Assembly (NCBI GenBank): GCA_977017575.1
Contig: CDRNVI010000003.1
Location: forward strand, 310,001-374,000
Source: Paramoeba atlantica
Lineage: Eukaryota; Protista; Discosea
Direction of reading: 5' to 3'
Length of the DNA stretch: 64,000 nt
This document shows, piece after piece, positions 9,801 to 20,765 of this stretch. Both the position numbers and the translations under genes were made by a program. Below the pieces are notes generated by a model. The model made no database searches. It was not told the origin of the DNA and was given only the letters and a program-made list of their open reading frames with translations. Positions within the stretch are counted from its first letter, which is position 1. Every line of letters begins with the position of its first letter.

Positions 9801-11593
9801 GACACGCCATCACAAAGAGTTGCGTTGAAAGGTGCACACATTTGTAGCTGGTACTCAACCCCGTGAACGTTACAAGGACGAATGTCACGCATGCTGCGGA
9901 GGGGCGCGATATGCGTCTCAGAACTCTCCCCGAGCCTATATTCATACAACCGCGCCGATATTCTAGTGTTATTTTTCTTTTCGCTGTCATGAAGTGCGTG
10001 CACAACTTGTTCGTAGGCCTCTTTCAGCACGGACTCTTGTAAAAAAGGAAGACATACAACCCCCTCCCATGGCATTCGACAACCCTCTCTATCAATAACA
10101 ACTTTGTCCAAATCAGGATAAAATGGTTTCAGAAGAGACACATCGGAGCGCATAAGTTCCCAGTACGTTTGCGGAACACTACGGTAACTAGCGGGCGGAA
10201 GAACGGCTAGCAATTGCTGGTGAGGGGTAAAAGGCTCTCCTGAACTAAAATTTATCTCTTTACTAAGGGATACAAGATCGACCAAGTCACTTGCCAAAGG
10301 AGAGTAATGGTATGGATAGTACCACCCCCAGCTGCAGCACCCCTCATAGTAGTACTCCATGATCCATTGCAGACCCTCTACGTAGGATCTACGGAGATAG
10401 TGGTGATCTATTGGAGTAAACGTGTTCAGCTTCTTTCCATAATACTCTGCTTTGTATTGTCCAAGAGTGGATGCGTTGTCCAGTATCGTTTTTTCTACAG
10501 ATTCGGACTCACCTCTCCTCTTTTTATTTGCGCTATTTCGTTTCTTGCACAATAATTCCCATTCTCGTGAGCCCAAATTACGAAGCATATCTTCCAACAC
10601 ATCCCAGTTAATGCTCTTCTGCTGTGTGAGATAGCGATTTTTACGAACGCACTCGGCTTTGTAAACGTCGAATAAGAGAGATAACGAACCCTCCCCTATG
10701 TCAAGAGAAGGTAGGGCAGGAAGAAAATCGTTCCCCACGAAGAAACAAAGGAAAATAAAATCATCTATACAACGCTCCAAGTTTTCTGGGCGGAGGTCCA
10801 GACAGAGATACTCCCGCAGTAAATGAATGTGCAACAGGACAAATTTCGAAGGCGCGTCAAAACGCTTGTCCAACACAATACCTCTCTTTTCGTCACGCTC
10901 CTGAAGCTCACGCTCTCGCTTCGGGGTGCCAAAAGATACAATTTCTCTAAGCAGGACGAAATTTGGCTCATGCGAAGCCAGAGCGAGCATAATGAGGTCT
11001 GCATCCAATCCATACATACAATGCGTCTCATGAGAAGAGTACCCTGGTTGCATTTTGCGAGTACGAATAAACGACATTATTTTGTGCTCCCCTTCCCCTG
11101 GATCTTGATGTCCTGAGTACACCACTTTGCATTTCCTCCACGATGGAAAATTCTGAATTTTATAGTGGATGAAGTATTCTAGGTATCTGCTTAACGCTAC
11201 CATAAATGTAGTTCCTGGCGTTATACAATTGCTATCGAACCCAATCGTTGTGTCTACCCCCGCTTCTTGCATCTCCATCGCCTTTCGGTACCGACGTTGA
11301 CGTTGCTGGTTCATCTTTGCCCGTGGCGCAACTCCGTCGACAGCCATAAAAAAGTACTGTTTGGGCTGTATGAAGGAAAATATTCGGTCAAGATAGGAAA
11401 AAACTTCACGAGCAATGGACTCATCCGAGCGTTGTACGGTGCTAGTGCTGGTCGCATTACTACGCGCGCAAACGTGAATGATACCATTCATGTCAAGGTA
11501 GAGGTTGTCAATGGGTGGAGGATCCTCAGTTATCGGACAAAGTATAGTGGGGTATCTTTCTGCACACCAACGAAAGAACTTGGGAATTCCCAT
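6863..11593 (-). CDS. XRN1: 5'-3' exoribonuclease XRN1/XRNA
   Basis: MGIPKFFRW, DNLYLDMNGIIH, AVDGVAPRAKMNQQRQRR, FDSNCITPGT, PGEGEHKI, GLDADLIML, GNDFLP motifs; 1576 aa. Confidence 0.95.
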   Translation of the reverse strand: MGIPKFFRWCAERYPTILCPITEDPPPIDNLYLDMNGIIHVCARSNATSTSTVQRSDESIAREVFSYLDRIFSFIQPKQYFFMAVDGVAPRAKMNQQRQRRYRKAMEMQEAGVDTTIGFDSNCITPGTTFMVALSRYLEYFIHYKIQNFPSWRKCKVVYSGHQDPGEGEHKIMSFIRTRKMQPGYSSHETHCMYGLDADLIMLALASHEPNFVLLREIVSFGTPKRERELQERDEKRGIVLDKRFDAPSKFVLLHIHLLREYLCLDLRPENLERCIDDFIFLCFFVGNDFLPALPSLDIGEGSLSLLFDVYKAECVRKNRYLTQQKSINWDVLEDMLRNLGSREWELLCKKRNSANKKRRGESESVEKTILDNASTLGQYKAEYYGKKLNTFTPIDHHYLRRSYVEGLQWIMEYYYEGCCSWGWYYPYHYSPLASDLVDLVSLSKEINFSSGEPFTPHQQLLAVLPPASYRSVPQTYWELMRSDVSLLKPFYPDLDKVVIDREGCRMPWEGVVCLPFLQESVLKEAYEQVVHALHDSEKKNNTRISARLYEYRLGESSETHIAPLRSMRDIRPCNVHGVEYQLQMCAPFNATLCDGVSVFDTPSEGFGTLSPLVKTVSTELRSSAVKVFLHVTRQPSLFLNVPYEASTSAREVSKILVGHDVFVGFPYLKRARVTSVCDVEISVLGTLNSRCILKHIQESEHSEEDMDLFEEQVEDIYRKLISKKGIDLASIRVLVYVRHVVGVKYTKNRTFEYEFSENTEKYPVQLVFNAEQYPCRPNPKYDIPNKVLGKVVSTLSEVIFVPHSGSTGIQSLFGCVGSVVQCNDVDSGVTYDLVLRDYESRCTESFSSLLTPTLEQHTPNVQWFSVSLVSTKLHAPIRVVLAVMGNISCNKFHGEMEIGLGMLNTKQKMARAGYTKYVSSSADDGALLDSAQKNFNSLSESTDSSSAKGEWYFTEAGIRILFEYWTRFKPLIDTLCNGRFDIFAFDPAHMMRGEWAGTDIFEALGKITSFLHTLPYREEAFVPACDELLTAKVLAAVEKAVISFNFKCRELPNVRRINVKHVKLSCLLIPRTESTAGIRVGDIPVQHRVRGVLERVVYCDTDGSVPFGSRGLIVRLLGDHKHAEVVMDEEHPGCVSAEGRLESNRAVILRQSALLVVTRYGTSKSSPEDTVQLKEKLQTLWMDTENDIQQNEKGAKVIKSDNATYKADFDVRGAVEKFLSVNLQNTEAVTQDEKIKQKSTDSGAENVSKKKILERPPSGSRAIAENRVKNRVELDTATYKADLDVRGAVEKLLSVNLKNNEAVTPEGKTTRKLTESGTEFVSKLKILGRPQSGSQGVVENRVNDRVEFDATAYKADLDVRGAVEKFLSVNLQNNEAVTPEGRTTQKATDERTKVVLKKKILEKKGSQEVVENNVNDRVEFDGSVKALGRLTIKPPKKVSPIKKETLASFGFHEFVSVINKEKRDFTQSESIPTVESNPPQACLSLSIREANEIKKLRTDSILPQGGDTTQIGSSVSAAQPRDEFSSEKRISRKTVSACRECIFGDLCTISDGAHIERYHNDGWKPYLLRNSVSDL
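7324..7986 (-). repeat. Three in-frame 222-bp (74-aa) tandem repeats in the XRN1 C-terminus
   Basis: GCTTTGTAAG anchors at 7527, 7749, 7971 (spacing 222); the peptide YKAD[FL]DVRGAVEK[FL]LSVNL recurs three times. Confidence 0.95.
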
Positions 11594-12071
11594 TGTGTAT
11601 TTATTATTATATAGAGAAATTATTTCTGAGCCGAATTAAGGAAACGTGAAAAAAGTCTTAAAACTGCACATGTTCCAGATTTATGTTGAAAGTACATGTC
11701 GAAAGGACGGTATCTTCAATCTATAATAAAAAACGAGTCTTATTTCAGCATGCCATAACAAACTACGATATAAAATAGCACATGTGAGGAATAATTTGAC
11801 GCTAAACAGACATGCATTTTCATAAACAATACGTGCATTTGTCCATGTGTAAGTGCTACGTGTGTAGCGCACCTTCTTTGTAGAAAAACAATTTTGTGAA
11901 CCTTCCGTATTACCCTTGTGAAAAAATATACTTGCAAAAAAACATTAGCATAATTCTACTAAATCTAAATACGATTTTTCAGTCAATAACTCATAAAAAT
12001 CTTTTCTAAATATCGAATTGGCCTTTAAAAAACAAAACAAAAGACCATCAAAACGTCCTTTGTACCATCCT

Positions 12072-13424
12072 TTAGTATTCATCCATATCATCGCCTTCCA
12101 TATCCGCTGAATCCGCACCCACCTCCTCGTAATCCTTCTCCAGGGCGGCGAGATCCTCCCGTGCCTCACTAAACTCCCCTTCCTCCATCCCCTCACTCAC
12201 ATACCAGTGCACAAACGCTCGTTTCGCATACATCAAATCAAACTTATGATCAATCCGCGCAAACACCTCCGCGATCGCGGTCGTGTTCGCAATCATACAC
12301 ACCGCACGCTGCACACTCGCCAAATCCCCCCCGGGCACCGCCGTCGGGGGCTGGTAGTTAATCCCACACTTAAACCCCGTGGGGCACCAGTCCACAAACT
12401 GGATCGTTCGTTTGGTCTTGATCGTGGCCACCGCCGCGTTCACGTCCTTCGGGACCACATCCCCGCGGTACATCAGACAGGCCGCCATGTACTTCCCGTG
12501 GCGCGGGTCGCACTTCGCCATCATACTCGCGGGCTCGAACACGCTGTTGGTGATCTCATGCACACTTAACTGCTCGTGGTAGGCCTTCGCGGCACTCACC
12601 ACGGGGGCATAGCTCGATAACACGAAATGGATCCGGGGATAGGGGACCAGGTTGGTCTGGAACTCGGTGACATCGACGTTGAGGGCGCCATCGAAGCGTA
12701 GGGAGGCGGTAAGGGAGGAGATCACTTGGGCGACTAAACGGTTGACATTGGTGTAGTTCGGCCGGTCAATGTCGAGGTTGCGTCGGGCAATGTCGTAGAT
12801 GGCCTCGTTGTCGAGCATCACGGCGACGTCGGTGTGCTCGAGGAGGGAGTGGGTGGAGAGGACACTGTTGTAGGGCTCCACGACGGCGGTGGAGACCTCG
12901 GGGGAGGGGTAGATGGTGAAACCCATTTTGCTTTTCTTGCCGTAGTCCACGGAGAGACGCTCGAGGAGGAGGGCGCCGAGACCGGAGCCGGTGCCCCCGC
13001 CGACGGCGTGGAACACGAGGAAGCCTTGGAGACCGGTGCAGTTGTCCGCGAGTTTACGGATGCGGTCGAGGCAGAGGTCGACGATTTCTTTGCCGATGGT
13101 GTAGTGCCCGCGGGCGTAGTTGTTGGCGGCGTCCTCTTTGCCGGAGATGAGCTGCTCGGGGTGGAACAGCTCGCGGTAGGGCCCGGAGCGGACCTCGTCG
13201 ATTACGGTGGGCTCGAGATCGACGAACAGAGCTCGGGGGACGTGACGACCGGCACCGGTTTCCGCAAAGAAGGTGTTGAAGGCGTCGTCCTCAACTACGG
13301 CGCCGGTTTCCTGGGGCATGGTGCCGTCGGGGTTGATGCCGTGCTCAAGGCAATAGAGTTCCCAGCAGGAGTTACCGGTTTGGATACCCGCCTGACCGAG
13401 GTGGATGGAGATTACTTCACGCAT
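12072..13424 (-). CDS. TUBA: Alpha-tubulin
   Basis: [20 protein letters not shown], acidic tail ending EY; [21 protein letters not shown] is euglenozoan-like. Confidence 0.99.
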   Translation of the reverse strand: MREVISIHLGQAGIQTGNSCWELYCLEHGINPDGTMPQETGAVVEDDAFNTFFAETGAGRHVPRALFVDLEPTVIDEVRSGPYRELFHPEQLISGKEDAANNYARGHYTIGKEIVDLCLDRIRKLADNCTGLQGFLVFHAVGGGTGSGLGALLLERLSVDYGKKSKMGFTIYPSPEVSTAVVEPYNSVLSTHSLLEHTDVAVMLDNEAIYDIARRNLDIDRPNYTNVNRLVAQVISSLTASLRFDGALNVDVTEFQTNLVPYPRIHFVLSSYAPVVSAAKAYHEQLSVHEITNSVFEPASMMAKCDPRHGKYMAACLMYRGDVVPKDVNAAVATIKTKRTIQFVDWCPTGFKCGINYQPPTAVPGGDLASVQRAVCMIANTTAIAEVFARIDHKFDLMYAKRAFVHWYVSEGMEEGEFSEAREDLAALEKDYEEVGADSADMEGDDMDEY

Positions 13425-13650
13425 TGAAAGAGAGAAGAAGGAGAGATGGAGAGATGCTAGGGGTACAATGTGATAACGGTAAAGGATATTAAAAATCGAA
13501 AATTAGAAAAGTAAGAAATGTAACTTGTGCCCGAGTTGTGCTACAACTCATTAGTGCGTTGCAAGTAACCGAGCTTTTGCGGAAAATACAGCGAAAAGCG
13601 TCTTCTGTAGCTTCACGGACATACCTAAACGAAAATACGCAAGGGTACAT

Positions 13651-15393
13651 TCAATCTGCAGCATTTTGAAAAATGCCTGGGTATAGAACACCGGGTTTTA
13701 ATCCGATTCCAGGAGCAAAAGTCGAGACTGGATCCTTGTGTGGGGTTCCTTTTGAAAGAGTGAGCGATGTAACTGCTACCCATGTGGCATCCGCACATAA
13801 CAGTAGTAGTAAACGTGAGGCGTGTTCACTCGTGCAAACGCCATTGACACTTGGAACTTTGTTTTCCATAACTTCTTGCTTGTGGTGGGATAAGTAAACT
13901 GTTCCAGGTCGAATAGAAATAGGTTCTGAAATGCGTTCTCCATTGGATTGCATGCCTGATAGCAACTCTTTACTTTGAATCAAGGTATGTGACCTAGAAC
14001 AGTATACGGCAGGGAAGTTTGAAGTCCCACTAACAGCCTCTGCATTCTGGGAAATTGTTTCTATAAGGGTGATGTATTTTGTGATATTGCTAAGCTCCTC
14101 ACGGAGGGTCTCTGGCAGTCTGGAATTGAACAAATCACATGATCGAGTGGTATTGTCGGAATGACTGTAAATACATTGAAGAGAATTGAATACACAATGA
14201 ACACCTGTGACGGGCGTTACAGTTTTGAGTTGACCTTCTGGGCATCCTTTTTCTCGTTTTCTCTTCAGTATTGCATTAGAAGGAGAGAATTCTCTATGAA
14301 AATTGCAACTCGCTTTACCACGTTCCATGTGCAGTGCGCGCCATTGGTTGTATACCACGTGTGCATTGGATTTGCAGAGACTCAATAATCCCGAAGCTTT
14401 AGATATTTTGGGGGCTGCTGGAACGGCCCCTACATGACTTGTAGGCCGAGCTTGTGATTGCGCACAAGCTAGTAAGCTGTTCAAATGATTTTGTCCCTGG
14501 CACAATGCATCCACGATGCATTCTGCCGTCAAGTGAACCACGCGAGAGAAATACTCACGCAGCATTTCACTGGACGGTATATCTATCTGTTTCTGGAGGA
14601 GAATATCTCCAGTATCGACCGAGGTTCGGTCGTTTGTCGCTCTATTGTAAGGAATTGTGATCAGGGTGGCTCCTCCAACACGTTCTCCATGTAACAGAGT
14701 GGCGTGAATTGGGCTTGGTCCACGGAAGCGTGGAAGAAGCGAAGGATGAGCGTTGATAAAGGGCACTGGGTAAAAATTTCGAAGAAATTGGATAGGGAAA
14801 AGATAACGAAACGATACTACAAGCGCAACGTCAACAGCATTTTCCCTCACAGGTGCCGATTTCCTTGCGGAAGTTGTAGTTTCTCCAAAAGATGAGAGTT
14901 GACCTTCATACATTTCGTTTTTCTGCCTACTGAATGAGGTACGCATCTTTTCGAGCCAATCGGGTGGAATGGTAGGAGTTATCTTGGCTGTATCGGTCGC
15001 ATTTTTGCCCGTTGTTGAAGTGGTATGCGGCTCTCCCCAGAAGCCTCGTAGCGTAAGGGGATCCGGAGGACTATACACAGGAAGATTAACGATATCTTCA
15101 CAGTATCTCCGGAGCAAATTTCTTTCTCCTGGAGGACAAATTACGAAAATAGACTGTATCGGCGTGGATACACCGTTTCTAGTGTTGAAATACACAGAAG
15201 AGCCACATACACTCTTTTGTAGGAGTGGATATTTTTGTAGTCTGTCTTGGACGAATCTCTCAGCTGAATCTATCTTATTGCCTCCATTTTTATTCAGAAA
15301 AGACAAGCCACCATGTTTCGAAACCATATTGCGAACAAGACAATGCAAGCAGTAGAGAGAAACTTCGTCGCCACCAAAGAAAAGTACTCTCAT
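13651..15393 (-). CDS. FMT: Methionyl-tRNA formyltransferase (mitochondrial type) with large insertions
   Basis: MRVLFFGG, INAHPSLLPRFRGPSPI, GATLI, DTGDILLQ. Confidence 0.85.
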   Translation of the reverse strand: MRVLFFGGDEVSLYCLHCLVRNMVSKHGGLSFLNKNGGNKIDSAERFVQDRLQKYPLLQKSVCGSSVYFNTRNGVSTPIQSIFVICPPGERNLLRRYCEDIVNLPVYSPPDPLTLRGFWGEPHTTSTTGKNATDTAKITPTIPPDWLEKMRTSFSRQKNEMYEGQLSSFGETTTSARKSAPVRENAVDVALVVSFRYLFPIQFLRNFYPVPFINAHPSLLPRFRGPSPIHATLLHGERVGGATLITIPYNRATNDRTSVDTGDILLQKQIDIPSSEMLREYFSRVVHLTAECIVDALCQGQNHLNSLLACAQSQARPTSHVGAVPAAPKISKASGLLSLCKSNAHVVYNQWRALHMERGKASCNFHREFSPSNAILKRKREKGCPEGQLKTVTPVTGVHCVFNSLQCIYSHSDNTTRSCDLFNSRLPETLREELSNITKYITLIETISQNAEAVSGTSNFPAVYCSRSHTLIQSKELLSGMQSNGERISEPISIRPGTVYLSHHKQEVMENKVPSVNGVCTSEHASRLLLLLCADATWVAVTSLTLSKGTPHKDPVSTFAPGIGLKPGVLYPGIFQNAAD

Positions 15394-15509
15394 TAAGTGT
15401 CATTGAAAATAGAACACAGCACTCTTTTAAGCTTCGCTACCAATAAATATACAGTCGAGAAAAAATATACTAAAAAATTATTGAATTTTGTAAGCAAAGA
15501 ACTACAATT

Positions 15510-16973
15510 CTATGTTTTGCGACAATTCATCTTGCTAGATAAGTATCGATACCGCTGCATGCACTCATTCCTTGACTTCCCCTCGACGCGAAGAGCTATT
15601 TCTGACCACTTGTCCGACCCTTCATAGCACTCTAACTCTCGGAGAGCATTCTCGAGTTGACGCTGCTGGACGGAAGTCCATTCCTTAGCATCCTTGATAG
15701 CTATTTCAGTTCGCGGAGTGGAATTTACTTCACTTTCTATCTTAGAATGATGAAGAAACTTCGAAATGTTTGCTCGTATGCCCTCCTCCGTGAGACTTGG
15801 ATCACCGATACAATCTACTATGTGCTGCCACCGATTTACCGTTCCCGGGGGATACATTCGTAACGCTGTAGTCAACTTATGACATAACACAGAGGAGTCC
15901 AATGTGAGTTCTGAAGAAACTACAGATGATGTAATCAACGAAGTGTGCTTGTGAATGGGCACTGTTGACTTGCTGGCATCCACAGATAAATTCTCTGCAT
16001 CTGGACCCCCAGAGACGCCAAAAGCTAAGCCATCTGTCCTGCTTGATTCAATAACATTGACGTCTTCTTTGTCACTATCGGTTGTATCCGGCTCCGAACC
16101 AGCTTCAAGAAAAGTGGACGTAGAGCCTTTCTCAGAAACCTCGTCTCTATGGCTTGTAGATTCATTGTATCTCAAATAAACTTGTTCCTTCGCTAACTTC
16201 GGCGAAGAATGCGCACCGAAAGTATGCCGACGTGCTAGACGCGTGCTATCTCCCCTCACAGCACCTTCCACCGGAGAATACAACAACTTTTCACACAACA
16301 TCGACCCGATCCACAGCAAGTAATTCCACAGAAGATAACACACTACCGCAGTCAACAGAAACACATCCCACATGCCCTCCTTCCACAGAAACCCCAACGA
16401 GAGCCACGCGAACAAGACCACCAGCATCAACAACCGCAGCGCCACAACCAGCGAACGTGACACACAAGAAGGCAACCACTGAGGTCCCCACTGCAGGAAC
16501 TCAACCAGCAGAAAAAGAACAAACAGAGCCGGAAGGTGAAGAAGAAACAAACCCGTGCAGGCCACACGGGAGCAGGCCCCGCGCACGACCACGAACTCAG
16601 GACACATGAGGTAAAAGAGAAACCCATCGGGCCAGCCGGTCGCGAGTAGGCCGTAGGCAGAGGCTTTGTCCAGTAAGGCATCGTAGTCGGCTCGGCGGGT
16701 GGGGTCGATTAAAATGTGCTTCGCGTGGTTGAGCTTTCGCATCGTCGCTGCATTATTGGAGGGGGCGACGTCGGGGTGGTTGTGTTTGGAGAGGGAACGG
16801 TAGGCGGCACGAATTTCATGGGAGGAGGCGCCACGAGGTACGCCAAGGGTGTGGTAGTGATTGGTGATCTCGGCGAGGAGAAGGGGGAGTTGGGGAGGGG
16901 AGCTACGAGAGAGGAGGAAAAGGACAAGCCCGAGGAAACTCAGTGAGGGGATAAATGGACAACGTCGTGGCAT
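15510..16973 (-). CDS. Membrane J-domain co-chaperone with C-terminal SANT/Myb repeats (DNAJC1/ERdj1-like)
   Basis: N-terminal hydrophobic segment, J domain with HPD, several TM stretches, WTSVQQRQLENAL...KWSEIALRVEGKSRNECMQRY. Confidence 0.8.
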   Translation of the reverse strand: MPRRCPFIPSLSFLGLVLFLLSRSSPPQLPLLLAEITNHYHTLGVPRGASSHEIRAAYRSLSKHNHPDVAPSNNAATMRKLNHAKHILIDPTRRADYDALLDKASAYGLLATGWPDGFLFYLMCPEFVVVRGACSRVACTGLFLLHLPALFVLFLLVEFLQWGPQWLPSCVSRSLVVALRLLMLVVLFAWLSLGFLWKEGMWDVFLLTAVVCYLLWNYLLWIGSMLCEKLLYSPVEGAVRGDSTRLARRHTFGAHSSPKLAKEQVYLRYNESTSHRDEVSEKGSTSTFLEAGSEPDTTDSDKEDVNVIESSRTDGLAFGVSGGPDAENLSVDASKSTVPIHKHTSLITSSVVSSELTLDSSVLCHKLTTALRMYPPGTVNRWQHIVDCIGDPSLTEEGIRANISKFLHHSKIESEVNSTPRTEIAIKDAKEWTSVQQRQLENALRELECYEGSDKWSEIALRVEGKSRNECMQRYRYLSSKMNCRKT

Positions 16974-17242
16974 TCGAAACTCACATGGATAGGGTAGCTA
17001 CATGGAAGAATGTAATTTTTTAAGAAGTATCCCCTCTGGCTAAACAATCGAAATTGAAAATAAAATTTTAGAATACACGATGTACAAAAACTAAGGAACA
17101 AATTTTCTTTTCTTGAATTCAACTTGTATCCTTTGAGTCCAAAGGTACAGTTCTAGCCTTACGAGACATACGTGTTGAATAATCGGTTCCATGATACAAT
17201 CCACAAGAGTGACCTTGAACGCAAGTAAACGCCCAAAAAAGG

Positions 17243-20200
17243 CTACATGAGGGTTACGTGAGAATCAGGCACGATTTCAGATAGAGTTTTCCCATCCAAC
17301 GTCTTCTTACGTCGTAGAATTCGATCAGCAATACGTTCATGCCGCAATCTCTCACTCTCAGATACGGAGGAATTCAAAGAATCCAATGCAGCTTTTAGGT
17401 GCATATCTTTCAAGACTATTTCTGTATTTTGTGAATCTTGATTTCCAGATATGCTCGAATTTTGTTTTTGAGATTGGAAAAAAGTCGTTGAGTCAAAACT
17501 TTCTGGTGAAGAAGAAATCTTTTTCGCAAGTTTATCCAACTGCGACTCTAAGTCTCGTCTCTCCTCGGCACTTAAAGTAAGTTCTCCTTCACAGATCTGG
17601 TATGAACAGTTTTGGTTTATCACATGATTCAGATGCATTGCAGCCTTTTCAGCTCGCAAATCCACACTGTCCTTGACGCATAGCATGTAAGCTGTTGAAA
17701 TTACCCCACAAAGATCTGCATGGCTCCACCCTTCAGTAAGATCAGAGATTTCTTCACAAACGGCGTCATTTTCGAGCTTCAAATTTCGAGCGAGAGAAGC
17801 ACACCGAAGTACCTCTATTCTTTCCTCTCGAGTAGGAAGAGAACAATAAACTAGCGAATCTAATCGGCCTGGGCGCAGTAATGCTAAATCGAGCATCTCC
17901 GGTCGTGATGTCGCCCCGACGACGAATACGCCTGCGCGGCTCTCCACTCCATCAAGATGACAAAGGAGCTGATTTACTACTCGATCTGTAACCCCTGTGT
18001 GATCTTGCCCACGTTGTCTTGCGCATGCGTCGATTTCATCAATAAACAGAACACAGGGCCTTGCGCGGTGTGCTTGCTCAAAACATTCGCGTACCTTGGC
18101 CTCAGAGGATCCAATGTATTTATCTAACACCTCCGGTCCATTCAGCACAACGGAGTTGAGTCCCAGGGATTGAACGAATTGTGTCACGAGATGAGTTTTG
18201 CCACAACCAGGAGGACCGAAGCACAACATTCCACTGCGCATCTTGATGGGGAACGAGGAGTACAATTTTGGATTCTGGGTGGGAAGCGTAATCATATTGT
18301 GTAATTTTTTCTTAGCCTCCATCATACCACCCACGCATTTATCAAGATCGGTCGTTTGAGAAACGTTTTCCTCTCCTCTTTCTCTATCAATTTGCGAAAA
18401 CAGGTGCAGTTGGCTTAGGGCTAATGGAGAGAAACCTTTTTTGATGCTGCGAAAACGTTTCTCGGAAAGAAAAAGACCATTCAAGCTTTCATTTGATCCA
18501 CGCTCAGACATGACCACTCGTCCTGCCAAACTAAGAATGTCCTGAGGAGTGAAATTTACAAGGTATGAAGCCAAATTCTTCACTAGATCTTCGTCAAGAT
18601 GGATGCCATGCGAACGCATACTGCTTGCAAAAAAATCCCTAGCGGTTTCAGAAACAGGAAGAGGTATTTGGAACGCACTAGGAAACAGAGAGCCCAGTCT
18701 TGCTCGTAGCGTAGAATGCACCATGTCGGGCTGCGTTACAGATGCTATAACGAGATGCCGCCTCCTTTCCTGTGCAAGACGAAACAGCTCAACTAGTAGT
18801 AATGCCAAATGGTCAACATTCGCGTCCTTTGTTGGTGACATGCCTGGTATGTTGGGCGTTGAAGGTAGTATGATATGTACATTGTCCAAGAGCAAGGCAC
18901 TGCGAGAGGAGCTACATGAAAGAAAGACGGAACGGAGCATGCGCTCCTTGATTTGAAGTGAATCGGACGCAATATTTTTGCAATCAAAGTAGATACTTGG
19001 TATTTTTCGAACAATATGCTTCAGAAAATGGGTCTTACCTGACCCGGTTTGCCCACTTAACAGCGTATTGGCACCGACATCATGATCGTAGCTGCGGAAT
19101 ACTCCCCCACATATCTTGTCAAAAGCTTCCCTGACAGAATTGTCGAAAAGTAAACATTGATTTTTTTCTGCTAAACTGTTTCGAGAAACGAACGATTCAA
19201 CGGATTCGAGAATATGGCGGTTGTGCTGCTTCCTTTGATGGATGCGGATAAATAATGTAAGGCCCCACGTAAGGCTCCAGCCAGGGAGCATACATTGTGT
19301 GTATGTGCCGATGAAAAAGATGCGTACCCTCGACGCCCGACGGATTGTCGTCTGAAAGAGCATGCTGCTGGCAGTATATGCAATTCTCATGGTATCTACG
19401 AGCATCTGAGTGCCATACATTCAAACCAAAGTTGTCCGGGTCTACGATTTTAATTCGTCCGCAAAGAGTTTCCCGCACTACGGCGTTTGAAGTCCAAATG
19501 CCATTCTCCTGTTGTAAAGGCGAAGGGTTCTGATGCACTAACGTATCAAGGGTGACGAAACCAAGCTTGTTCGCCGCGATAACTCCCACCAAACTACCGT
19601 CAAGCCACCCGTTACGGGATGCGGTCTCCTGTGTAAGATACAACAACCCCTTCTCGCCACACTCTTGTGTTTCACCCGGCGGCAAGGAATTTTCTGCAGA
19701 GATGATGTTGTGGATAAACCCCGGTTTGGGATCTACTGCTTCAATGTCGGAGTCATTCATACGCATCCGTGTTGCTACGATAAGTTCCGTTCCACTCATC
19801 ATGACATAACACGGGGCATCGGAGCGGTTCCCGCGTATATTGTCCACTTCAAGTTGCACCTGTACGCCCGGAAAAACGGTTACTAAAAACTTCATACCAT
19901 CAAAAACAACTTGAAGTTGACGAAGAAGCGTATCCTCGATTCGTCGCTGGTTTGTTTCCACTATTTCTGAGTCATCTACAGTACACGGAGTGACATGTAC
20001 GGCAGATGCGACACCAACACCACTGACAGCAAATGCTGTAATTTCATCCTGCTCGTGTAACCCCCATGCGGACGCTAGTTGGGAGCCGATTCGTAAAGTT
20101 CCCGCTGGAACACTTGCTGCGGAGTGCACCCCTACATATAGAAACTTTGAACTAGCCGATTTTAAGCCAAGTAGAGGAACTGGGATTGAACATCCAATAT

Positions 20201-20297
20201 AACTGTTCCGCAATTCCTCGTAGCTAGAGGGACTAATCTGCGCATTGCTGTTGGTTTGATGTGAGTCACAACACAAACGGAGCCGCTTTCGAAACAT
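17243..20297 (-). CDS. PEX1: Peroxin PEX1 AAA+ ATPase, split over two overlapping frames
   Basis: ORF 19197-20297 resembles the PEX1 N-domains; ORF 17243-19420 has D1 GQTGSGKT, D2 GPPGCGKT, FIDEID and RGQDHTGVTDRVVNQLL...DG (PEX1 signature). Confidence 0.85.
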
Positions 20298-20765
20298 GAA
20301 GCACTACATAAAAGAGAAAGTGTAATTCGAAATAAACAGATGGAAAAAATAGACTCACCAGTGTTTCAATTCATAAAAAAATCTTGGAAATTAGAAATTT
20401 CTTAAAAATAATGCATATGGACAATTGGATGGATATGAACGTTCTAAAACACACTATAATTATCGCCGAGTGAAACAACCATTTATACACAACAAGTTTT
20501 AACGAAGAAGCAAAAAAGAGATGGAATTCTCATACGAAGCCTAATCAACATCTACAGAAATAGAGTAAATTTGACCACAACGTAAAACAAACACGCATTC
20601 GTAAGAAGAGTGTATATCAAAGAATGTACTTCGCACCTGGGTCAACACACATAGCACATGGGTCAACGGGATCAACCAAGAAGCCTATCGTGACACAAAC
20701 TACGATTTTACACACCCCGCATTATTGTACGCAAAATAGATAAAAAGAACTACCAAGACGCAAGA

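Noticed and set aside
12207-13427. Plus-strand ORFs overlapping tubulin, and similar antisense ORFs over other GC-rich genes (e.g. 56690-57565, 62081-62821)
   Set aside because: Shadow ORFs of GC-rich coding sequence with no recognisable motifs
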